Shown one piece after another: positions 40,401-45,797 of a stretch of DNA of 45,797 nt. A program made the translations under genes and the position numbers. This DNA comes from Candidatus Pacearchaeota archaeon RBG_13_36_9 (GTDB lineage Archaea; Nanobdellota; Nanobdellia; Pacearchaeales; GW2011-AR1), in NCBI GenBank assembly GCA_001786395.1, contig MFWN01000024.1, positions 27,697-73,493 of the forward strand, read 5' to 3'. How positions within the stretch are numbered: the stretch's first letter is position 1; every line of letters begins with the position of its first letter. A model generated the notes under the pieces. The model made no database searches. It was not told the DNA's origin and saw only the letters and a list, made by a program, of their open reading frames with translations.

Positions 40401-41350
40401 ATACAAGCGCTCCCTGGATATTCAATTTCACTTATCCTGATTTTTTTATCAATTTAACTTATTTTATTTTTAATACAACCTCTCCTGCAGAGGATGACCT
40501 AGTTTTGATTAATGCCACAATAAGAAATTTGGGAGGGGCTGATGTGGATAGCTTTGTAGTTCAGTTTTATGATGGAGACCCTGATTCGGGGGGGGTACAA
40601 ATAAATGGAAACAAAACTTTGAGTATCTTAAGGTACAATACAACTGAGACTAATGTTGTATGGACAGCAGACAGGGGAGACAGCCAGATTTATGTGGTTA
40701 TAGACCCGACAGTATCTTCTGGAGGGCTGTTAGACGAGTGGAACGAAACTAATAATGAGGTGAACAGAAGCATTATTGTGGGCTCTTGGTACGTGCTGTA
40801 TGGCAACGTGACTTCTGAGAGCATTTATGTATTGGATGATGAAACGAGCAGGGTTATTAAATGGTTTGCAAATGATACTTATAATGGCAGCATTTTCGTT
40901 GCAGACGAAGAAAGCATTATTTCCTGGGCAGATGTCCAGGCCATTGGAAAAAACGAAACTGGCGGAAATACCAGCAATGATTTCGCAGATATTGATGCTC
41001 TTTTGGAAATGAGCGGATTCAGCGATTCAGTTTACAATGTTTTTACAGATAGTGGGACCACAAGAGACAGAGCTACCTTTTTGATATTCCAGAAACAGGT
41101 GAACTATGTGCCTGTTGCTAATTCAACCAACAATACTAATTTCGTCACTGGAATACTCTGGGATATGTTAGATGATGAAGACGGGCAATACAGCCAGGCT
41201 GATGAAGAAGATTTGGTTTTTACTTCCAAAATTAATAAGGGTGCAGTGGGGGCTTATGGAGCGTATGATTATGAAGTAAGGATTCCAGCTGCATTAAGAG
41301 AGTATAAAGGAACAGACTCAGAAGTTGCAATTTATATAGAGCTATACTAG
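34403..41350 (+). CDS. Giant surface protein (2315 aa): N-terminal TM anchor, unique N-terminal region, tandem Ig-like modules, CARDB domain, C-terminal globular region
   Basis: The single N-terminal TM is IGAISIVAIVLIAIILVVVVTLF. More than 14 modules of ~95 aa follow. The CARDB signature is at ~40480-40780 (LINATIRNLGGADVDSFVVQFYDGDP...DEWNETNNE). Sequon density is extreme. Confidence 0.9.
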   Translation: MNRKSMAKIGAISIVAIVLIAIILVVVVTLFSSALIDKQEYYLGESIKFNMENLGDYKLKITTPSTSLIRLGSNDVFIFRPQEAGNYSVELWRGGGKQDYYFEVLWNGTENNPPGNETGQNDTEENETGSYEEEKPFGYDAIKIGESVNWSIERVIESTVRTKIVVPDAAENIKVYKATAAGKQEIEFEVRDSVFGEILDVINKRNEKEVIFQASGRIVVEYTTKGPEKQEKKLDERTKEIKIGSPEGVNYENVLAYTEIEASSRHFISVYWKEEKKFVDFRSYDLNEDGKVDRIEWIVPHLSEQTFEIVVISKAEHLDPGRNFISDVYSNVSVKDSIWQEIPGGNYLRVTFEKNLTNGNDITLYARGSGKVEVYEKNGNEKLMELDINGENWYKEYFREYLFQDSFDLLIFGSVELDYVIDPTLTNSPIGYTDPGSDWVNETGGYSDGGYYAQATAQNKYLIYYNYSFSIPTGSTINSVMIRVDQWASDGSDYHTVEVSWDGGAAWGSATALPASSTERTDWVNVTSNTTWTVDKLNNTNFQVRLRTQASGKPADYWRVDWVPVEVIYTEPISALSVSLNSPIDYWNYSAYNVYFNYTPSSTGTFINCSLWDNSSGTFSPQVYNSTAIINGTSNLLNKTYSSDGSYLWNIRCCDNTNCTFYYFNRTFTLDTAYPTVNIISPPDNNFSDSPYGVVFTYNVTDTSGIVNCSLVIDGTFADTDSTVSTSVNQNFTYGLSSGLHNWSVNCSDYAGNQNSSSTRTINISVAEQDWGATWYETSTSTYTSTAYINLENVRDGTANWMNATIASKGLYTMVSATSPFMGGQGGLLEASSSVSFLSYFLVPDNKGYVTWKVYISNSSGDTLLCQSGNDVTGGTRIATVGSNTSVSGSCNSPAYDLRVQGTDRIKLVLNLYNDAVSAGSFIHYWDDIFPSQVDLGNFSTLGILYTDLFAPTTDLSINTGEQFNVSCEVNCSVGRCMNTKVYVQYNTSSSDWANVSSSGNLILASGQTNGHSLGNVNTTTVWTNFTLQGNAASVNNIRCIGISNYSIDYGETTRQITVSAANLAPNVIAVTQNNYWRNESSIVLYYNASDDNNLLANCSLYLNGQLNQTNSSALLDAQTNNFTISAIADGSYNWSVQCFDTASLSNWSQNRTFYIDTSFPGLILNYPGIDDVLYISTVSFNFTATDNMVLNITCNLTVDGSVVDANFNVTNGTMVNRTRTGIGIGDHLWNVTCWDRAGNINKSETRNFTITDLPPTVLLIEPNNSYWHNESNITLYYNASDNNNLANCSLYLNGQFNQSNSSAILNGELSNFTIPFIADGEYNWTVNCTDNAGLNTSSSKRTFYIDTIFPEVDLNAPRDNNFSLTSSVYFNFTATDNLDTNLTCNLTINSAVTGGSNFNASNGTLTNKLVTGLTDGDKYWNVTCIDNAGNLNTSRTWMLNVTVYPSVALNTSDNSFFNYSDIYLNYTPSDNTNLSNCSLYLNGQFNQTNSSRVLNGQMNNFSLLAGSGYYNWSVVCYDYIGLKNWSANRTFTVDLAYPTINLSYPLPNQTIYDATVYFNYTAVDDLDTSIECNLTVNNSVLNYTFAVNGSVTSIPITFTRGGFKMWNVSCWDNAGNLNYSETRNFTLYLPPKVNLSRPDNNYWNNESSIVLFYNITEYNANIVNTTLYINGQVNQTNSSEVSTTGENNFTIEYLADGAYNWTVIVKDIENLIGTTVNRTFYIDTLPPNVTLSQPGDYSTVDTNNVSFNFTVYDNLAPNLTCNLSISGFVEDEFMDMVITEGQATARYMLLHDGDYYWSVECMDLAGNYNITEEWNFTVEAPPNVTLVSPEPDYRTNSSNITFVYLPEDYYPMIQCDLYIDGLFNDTDEGIEENENNQFDVYYISEGNHNWTVNCTDSDWNTFQPDVRFFTIDKTPPNVNLMLPLNDSGIDFNEGNITFWWNATDLLDSQLKCDLRIDGNKQGATKDVTSGTPYQEDIDTLTEGGHYWNVTCWDRAGNTNTSAPWIFNFTYPDFFINLTYFIFNTTSPAEDDLVLINATIRNLGGADVDSFVVQFYDGDPDSGGVQINGNKTLSILRYNTTETNVVWTADRGDSQIYVVIDPTVSSGGLLDEWNETNNEVNRSIIVGSWYVLYGNVTSESIYVLDDETSRVIKWFANDTYNGSIFVADEESIISWADVQAIGKNETGGNTSNDFADIDALLEMSGFSDSVYNVFTDSGTTRDRATFLIFQKQVNYVPVANSTNNTNFVTGILWDMLDDEDGQYSQADEEDLVFTSKINKGAVGAYGAYDYEVRIPAALREYKGTDSEVAIYIELY
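37585..40435 (+). repeat. Five tandem ~570-bp (190-aa) units, each an A-type + B-type Ig-like module pair
   Basis: The anchor string gcca(a/c)(t/c)tgctcgctttatct(t/a)aacgggca recurs at 37691, 38261 and ~38829, with diverged copies near 39400 and 39960. The A module reads NCSLYLNGQ.NQTNSS..YNW(S/T)V.C, and the B module reads NLTCNLT....WNVTC(W/I)D.AGN.N.S. Confidence 0.85.
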
Positions 41351-41373
41351 GGAGATAATGCAAAAGGTTCATT

Positions 41374-41404
41374 GAACTTTGCTGCTTTCAGACAAGCAAA
41401 GTTC
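41374..41404. terminator. Hairpin GAACTTTGCT-n11-AGCAAAGTTC between convergent genes
   Basis: The 10-bp stem is perfect. It lies 24 nt after the giant gene stop. Confidence 0.4.
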
Positions 41405-41489
41405 TTCAGTTATTTGGAAATTGTTTGGCTTACTTTAATATAGGGAACAGAGATTTAAAAGCTGGGGGCAAGAGGGTTATGGAACTACC

Positions 41490-42032
41490 TTAAGAAACTG
41501 TGCCAGTGCTTTTTCTTTGCCAGATTATCTTTTGTTCTAAGTTGTAGTTTTTAAATTCCCTTAACTTTATATATTGGGCTTCTGAAATCTCAACATAATT
41601 TATCCTGAAATTATATTTATCTTTAATTTCCTGCACCAACTTGTTAATTTTTTCTTGCGGCAGAAAGTCTCCCACTACCAGCAATTTTGCAGCGTTGCCT
41701 TCCTTGGATTCTAAGATTATTTTTTTGGAGCGCGGATGGGAGGCTATTGTTTCTATAAACTTTTGTAAAGGATCCCCATCTTTTTTTAGCAGATTCATCA
41801 GTTCTTTAGTCTTTTCATTTTGGTCCAGCTGATAAAATCTTACTTTTCCTATTATTTTGGTTTTTAAGAAGCCCTTTTCTGAGAGCTTGTTAAGTATCCT
41901 GAAAGTCGTGGTGATGTTCACTTTTGCAAGATTTGCAACATCTGTAAGAAAATAATTTTTCTCGGGGTTTTCCATAAAAAGATTTATTATTCTTACAATC
42001 TTTTCATCAAAAAGGTCTTTCAGAATCTCCAT
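41490..42032 (-). CDS. Winged-helix transcription regulator (180 aa) with a C-terminal alpha/beta domain
   Basis: The HTH plus wing is FLTDVANLAKVNITTTFRILNKLSEKGFLKTKIIGKVRFYQL. It is divergent from the 42237 operon. Confidence 0.7.
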   Translation of the reverse strand: MEILKDLFDEKIVRIINLFMENPEKNYFLTDVANLAKVNITTTFRILNKLSEKGFLKTKIIGKVRFYQLDQNEKTKELMNLLKKDGDPLQKFIETIASHPRSKKIILESKEGNAAKLLVVGDFLPQEKINKLVQEIKDKYNFRINYVEISEAQYIKLREFKNYNLEQKIIWQRKSTGTVS

Positions 42033-42072
42033 TTCTTGCTTTCTTTCCCCTCTTTATGTTAGGGAAATCAAG

Positions 42073-42080
42073 TTTATAAA
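42073..42080 (-). promoter_or_regulatory. TATA box TTTATAAA for the regulator gene
   Basis: It lies ~41-48 nt upstream of ATG 42032. A GAGGGG RBS-like element lies between the two. Confidence 0.4.
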
Positions 42081-42083
42081 TGT

Positions 42084-42160
42084 TTTCATTTTTGAAAATA
42101 CAAGTTTCAATTCTGATGATGATAGATTTCATTTTTGAAATGGTTATTTCATTTTTGAAA
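42084..42160. promoter_or_regulatory. Three copies of the 14-bp palindrome TTTCATTTTTGAAA (42084-42097, 42127-42140, 42147-42160)
   Basis: All three repeats are exact. Centre-to-centre spacings are 43 and 20 bp, roughly 4 and 2 helical turns. The repeats lie between the two divergent TATA boxes. Confidence 0.7.
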
Positions 42161-42171
42161 AAAGCGAAACA

Positions 42172-42179
42172 TTTATAAA
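42172..42179 (+). promoter_or_regulatory. TATA box TTTATAAA for the 42237 operon
   Basis: It lies 58 nt upstream of the ATG, is preceded by the purine-rich BRE-like gcgaaac, and has strong GGAGG/AGAGG RBS elements downstream. Confidence 0.5.
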
Positions 42180-42236
42180 GACTAAAGTTTTTAAAATGGG
42201 ATAATTAACCCTTGAAAGGAGGAAAAAAGAGGTAAT

Positions 42237-42989
42237 ATGAAGACAGTAGAAGGTTTATCCTTATTTATACTTATAATTGCAGTTATAGCTTTGTTTTCAG
42301 CTGGGCTGGTTTTAGCGGTAGTTCCTTTTGGTGCAGATATAACAGAAAATGTCACTACAAGAGCTGCACCAGATGATCCTGAGCTCCATAATGCTAATGC
42401 AGGAAATGTGACTTATATGACTATTTTTGGCTACTCTGTAACGCAGGCATGGCAGGGTTACTATGGTAATGTTTCTGGTACAATAATGTTGGCAGATAAC
42501 AACGATAAAGTATTGTACAATTGGAGCCTGGCAAATCCAGAGGGCGAGGTTTATGCAACTGAAAACGGAACAGGGCAGGTTGACTGGGGCAATGTAGAAT
42601 GCTTTAATATATCTGAAAATGGAAATCTAACTGCTTTGGAGACTTGGTTCAACATCTCTTCAGCTGATCCTGATGGTGTCAATGAAACTTTCTCATACAG
42701 CAATGATCACGATGTTTTTTATACTGCAGATGAGACTTTTAGTTATGGCGAGTGTGCAGCAGCTTTTATGTTTAACAGCTCGGGAGCTTCTGACCCTACA
42801 CAATTCCAGGAAGTGCTTCTCACAGACCAATCAGATGATGTGCAAATAATTTTCGTTGCACTTATCGAGGAATTTGGAAGAGCTGGTTTTGATGGGAATA
42901 ACTATGACTTTGAAATGGTTGTTTTGGAGAATGGGCATGGCACAGATACAGCATACAGGAACTACTACTTTTATGTAGAGTTGCAATAA
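42237..42989 (+). CDS. N-terminally anchored or secreted beta-rich protein of unknown family (250 aa); paralog of 43122..43886
   Basis: The N-terminal hydrophobic helix is LSLFILIIAVIALFSAGLVLAVV. Motifs shared with the paralog are WQGYYGNVSGTIMLAD..VLYNWSL..GEVYAT, FQEVLL, DFEMVV and YYFYVEL. Confidence 0.8.
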   Translation: MKTVEGLSLFILIIAVIALFSAGLVLAVVPFGADITENVTTRAAPDDPELHNANAGNVTYMTIFGYSVTQAWQGYYGNVSGTIMLADNNDKVLYNWSLANPEGEVYATENGTGQVDWGNVECFNISENGNLTALETWFNISSADPDGVNETFSYSNDHDVFYTADETFSYGECAAAFMFNSSGASDPTQFQEVLLTDQSDDVQIIFVALIEEFGRAGFDGNNYDFEMVVLENGHGTDTAYRNYYFYVELQ

Positions 42990-43038
42990 GGTTATTTTAT
43001 TTATTATTTTTTAGTTAAATAAGAAGTAGAGGGTTAAT

Positions 43039-43087
43039 ACAGAACAAAATGTTCTGTCTCCCAAAGTTTAGACAAACAAAAACTTTG
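43039..43087 (+). terminator. T-tract followed by two hairpins (ACAGAAC-n5-GTTCTGT; CAAAGTTT-n10-AAACTTTG) after the first operon gene
   Basis: Read directly from the sequence. They lie in the only sizeable gap (132 nt) in the operon. Confidence 0.35.
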
Positions 43088-43121
43088 TGATAAGGGAAGA
43101 GATTATAGAAACATAAAGAAG

Positions 43122-43886
43122 ATGAAAAACCATAAAAACTTGGTGGAATTGTTTTTAGTTATAACTGTAGGCTTGGCTATCTTTTTATTAATAAGGGTGC
43201 AGGCAGCTGACCCTGTTGGGCCAGATGCCATTGATTTGATAAGCAACGTGACCAAAAATACAACAGCCACAAAAATAATCAACATTTCGGGGGGCAGGAT
43301 AGGCACTTTTGATGTCAATGCAACTATCCAGAATCCGCGGTGGAAGGCATTTATCGGTAATGTTACTGGAAAATTCACTTTAATGGATGGGCAGGGGGCA
43401 ACGGTTTTTGACTGGACAATCAGTTCTATAACTGGAAGAATTTATGCCACAGCTAACTCTACTGCATTATCTTGGGCGTCTGTTAATTGCTCTAATGTCA
43501 CAAGTTTAGAATTGGAGAATGTAAAATTTAATCATACTAGAGCAGATGATAATATAACCAAAACCTTTAATGCTACAATTAATTCCACAGAAGACAACCT
43601 GACGATTTCTGGAGGGCATAATTATTTTTATGTTGGAGCCAGATACATGCCTGCAAACACCTGCCCAACATTAAACACTTATGAAAACAGCAACCCCCAG
43701 GATACTGATTTTGAAGAGGTGGCTTTATACGATGGGGGCAATATGATATATGCCGCTCTGCTGGAAGATAATGAGGCAGGTTATAATGGCTATAAATACG
43801 ATTTTCAGATGATTGTTCCTGAAATAGGCTTATCAGACTTTAGCGGGGCAACAGCCTACTATATTTATGTTGAAATTGGAACTTAA
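43122..43886 (+). CDS. N-terminally anchored or secreted beta-rich protein (254 aa); paralog of 42237..42989
   Basis: WKAFIGNVTGKFTLMD..TVFDWTI..GRIYAT, FEEVAL, DFQMIV and YYIYVEI are colinear with the paralog. Confidence 0.8.
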   Translation: MKNHKNLVELFLVITVGLAIFLLIRVQAADPVGPDAIDLISNVTKNTTATKIINISGGRIGTFDVNATIQNPRWKAFIGNVTGKFTLMDGQGATVFDWTISSITGRIYATANSTALSWASVNCSNVTSLELENVKFNHTRADDNITKTFNATINSTEDNLTISGGHNYFYVGARYMPANTCPTLNTYENSNPQDTDFEEVALYDGGNMIYAALLEDNEAGYNGYKYDFQMIVPEIGLSDFSGATAYYIYVEIGT

Positions 43887-43888
43887 AA

Positions 43889-44899
43889 ATGGAAAATGAA
43901 AATATTATCAAATTGGGAGTGAAGGCAATAGAGGCAAGTTTTATTATAATAGAGGTTGTTCTGTTATTCCTGCTGTTTTCTTTTTTCAGCTCTCCTGTAA
44001 GCGGAGGAATTGGAAATCCTAATACCACTGTTCAGACAACTCTGAATATCGGGGAGGTTTTTCCGGAAATTTTGAATGTAAGCATAAATGAGGGGGCTGA
44101 AACAATTACTTTAATCCCTAATCAGTCAGTAAATGTTTCGTGCGTTGGATTGATTAGAGACTATAATGGAGAGCTAAATTTAAGCACAGTTAGTGCAAGA
44201 TTTTTCCTTAATTCTGTGGGTTATGATGGAGCAGAGGACAACAATTCGATGTACAGGAACAGTTCCTGCACTTTTAATGAAACTACTAATAATTGGGCGG
44301 GAGTTCCAGATGATCCTTATCACGCTTTGGCAAATTGCACCTTTGAAATTTGGTATTTTGCAACTCCTGGAGTCTGGAATTGCACAATGTGGGTAAACGA
44401 CAGCACTAATTTTAATGACTCTAACAGCGATGATATTAATGTTTCTGAGCTTTTGGCTCTGGCTGTTCCTGACACAATAAACTATGGGCTAGTTAATGCA
44501 ACTGATGTTTCTAATGAGAATGTTACCAATGTCACAAATGTAGGGAATGTAATGTTTAACCTTAGCCTTAAGGGATATGCTTACAATGAAACAACTACTG
44601 CTAATCTAGCAATGAACTGCACTTTAGGAAATATAAAGAACATTTCAATTGAGCATGAGAAATATAATATGACTAGTTCAAATGACAGCGTCTTAAATCT
44701 GGGGCAGACTGCAGGCATTTATAAAAACCTGACTTCTTCAACAATTGTAGAGATGTTTAATCTGGGTTACAGGACAAATGATACAATCCAGGATGCAATA
44801 AATGCAACTTACTGGAGGATTTATGTTCCGTTAGGGGTTGCGGGAAGCTGCCAGGGGAATATTATATTTGGGGCTGTGCAGTCCGGAGCTTCACCTTAA
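43889..44899 (+). CDS. N-terminally anchored sequon-rich protein (336 aa), unknown family
   Basis: The N-terminus MENENIIKLGVKAIEASFIIIEVVLLFLLF is a charged stretch followed by a hydrophobic helix. The gene starts 2 nt after the previous stop. Confidence 0.8.
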   Translation: MENENIIKLGVKAIEASFIIIEVVLLFLLFSFFSSPVSGGIGNPNTTVQTTLNIGEVFPEILNVSINEGAETITLIPNQSVNVSCVGLIRDYNGELNLSTVSARFFLNSVGYDGAEDNNSMYRNSSCTFNETTNNWAGVPDDPYHALANCTFEIWYFATPGVWNCTMWVNDSTNFNDSNSDDINVSELLALAVPDTINYGLVNATDVSNENVTNVTNVGNVMFNLSLKGYAYNETTTANLAMNCTLGNIKNISIEHEKYNMTSSNDSVLNLGQTAGIYKNLTSSTIVEMFNLGYRTNDTIQDAINATYWRIYVPLGVAGSCQGNIIFGAVQSGASP

Positions 44900-44936
44900 G
44901 TTATATTTTTTGATTTAAAGTGAAAGGAGGTTTAAA

Positions 44937-45590
44937 ATGAGTTTGATGTTTTTGGCTGACGGAGTACTTAGTCCGTTATCCTCTGGGGCAAGTCCTTTGG
45001 AGGCATTTGCAGGGGCAGCTGTGGGTATTATGGTACTCTTTCTTTTGTTGGGTGTGGCAATATGGGTGTATATTGCTCTTGCGCATATGGCTATTGCCAG
45101 ACGTGCAGGACAAAATGACAGTATTTCCGGGCTTTCGTGGGTTTTGGGTTTTGGGCCTTTGCTAATTGCCTATATTCTTTCGGGGATGCACTGGTGGCCG
45201 TGGCTTCTTATGTTAATAACATTTTTGCTGCTGTATTTGGGATTTGCTTTAGTGCTCTTCTCACCAGTTTTAGGAGTTCTGTTCATTATCCTTAGTGTGA
45301 TTGGATTTTTGGTTTTTGGGGTGTATTCAATAATCTGGATGTGCAAGATGTTTAAGGCAGTTGGAAGATCTATTTGGTTTGCGTTACTGCTGGTAATACT
45401 GACTGTTGTAGGATATCCTTTGGCATTCTTAGGGGCATATATTCAAATTTTCGTACTAAGCTTAATTGGACTGCTGATTGTTTTGGCAGCAGGAATTTTG
45501 TACTTGGTATTTATAGGGATTGCAGCATGGGGGAGCAGAGGACAGGCGAGAGCACCTGCAGCAGCTAAGCCAGCTGCTAGAAAGAAGTAA
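44937..45590 (+). CDS. Polytopic membrane protein (217 aa, ~6 TM) with an Ala/Lys/Arg-rich C-terminal tail
   Basis: It has hydrophobic segments throughout, an AGGAGG RBS 7 nt upstream, and the tail GSRGQARAPAAAKPAARKK. Confidence 0.8.
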   Translation: MSLMFLADGVLSPLSSGASPLEAFAGAAVGIMVLFLLLGVAIWVYIALAHMAIARRAGQNDSISGLSWVLGFGPLLIAYILSGMHWWPWLLMLITFLLLYLGFALVLFSPVLGVLFIILSVIGFLVFGVYSIIWMCKMFKAVGRSIWFALLLVILTVVGYPLAFLGAYIQIFVLSLIGLLIVLAAGILYLVFIGIAAWGSRGQARAPAAAKPAARKK

Positions 45591-45640
45591 ATTTTTTCTT
45601 TTTTATTTTGTTGTTTGTTTATATTGCTGTGATAATATTT

Positions 45641-45675
45641 AAAAAATTGAGAGGCATACGCCAACTCAATTTTTT
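45641..45675 (+). terminator. Hairpin AAAAAATTGAG-n13-CTCAATTTTTT followed by a T-run
   Basis: The 11-bp stem is perfect and lies 50 nt after the last operon gene. T-rich tracts flank it on both sides. Confidence 0.4.
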
Positions 45676-45797
45676 CTTTTTAATTTTAATCTGAGGACCA
45701 TTCTATATTGGGGGGTTTGTTTTTGAGGAGAAGAACAGTATCTCCGAACGTAATTAATCATTCTTAAATTACTCCAAAAAGTTTAAATACTTAACCT

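Noticed and set aside
42237-44899. Calling the three N-terminally hydrophobic proteins type IV pilins or archaellins
   Set aside because: Only gene 3 has a loosely prepilin-like G/xxxxE pattern. Genes 1 and 2 lack a [KR]-[GA] cleavage motif. No assembly ATPase, platform protein or prepilin peptidase is present in the window. I kept this only as a hypothesis in the findings.
45591-45797. Possible tRNA or ncRNA at the window end, and in the other gaps 14567-14654 and 24407-24532
   Set aside because: I could not draw a cloverleaf with GC-rich stems, and I saw no conserved T-loop (GTTCRANYC) or anticodon-arm pattern. These regions are AT-rich spacers with only terminator-like hairpins.

Overview
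This is an AT-rich window (about one-third G+C by eye) that looks archaeal, probably from an uncultivated DPANN-like or related lineage. The evidence is TTTATAAA TATA-type promoters, Lrp/AsnC and small wHTH/RHH regulators, a KaiC-like ATPase, isoprenoid-lipid genes, a PGF-pre-PGF-like domain, and huge surface proteins saturated with N-x-S/T sequons. All calls come from reading the ORF translations and the DNA by eye; no database search was run.

Content from left to right:
1. 1-7817: the 3' part of a giant (>2100 aa) repeat-built surface protein, plus an overlapping secreted protein.
2. 7814-10440: a KaiC-like ATPase locus, with two divergently transcribed small AbrB-like paralogs and a V4R-like protein.
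3. 10429-15573: a housekeeping block. It holds a geranylgeranyl-reductase-like flavoprotein, a UbiA prenyltransferase, YjbQ, a polyprenyl (GGPP-type) synthase, a type-1 IPP isomerase, RadC and a small wHTH protein.
4. 16035-29779: a dense signalling island holding the same cassette three times. Each cassette has a DNA-binding protein (or its remnant), sensor PAS and/or histidine kinase genes, a stand-alone CheY receiver, a small KaiC/RecA-like protein lacking the P-loop, and a TM-anchored beta-sandwich ectodomain protein.
5. 29964-41350: two further giant surface proteins. One is a beta-helix + LamG protein of 1387 aa. The other is 2315 aa, is built from a 570-bp tandem array, and is preceded by a translationally coupled 50-aa RHH gene that the ORF track missed.
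6. 41490-45590: a wHTH regulator divergent from a four-gene operon of uncharacterised N-terminally anchored proteins, with three copies of a 14-bp palindrome in the shared promoter region.

I saw no rRNA, tRNA, CRISPR array, transposase, integrase or reverse transcriptase.

The best candidate for an undescribed system is the thrice-repeated kinase / receiver / inactivated-KaiC-like / membrane-anchored beta-sandwich module. The same C-terminal anchor module links it to the giant adhesin-like proteins.
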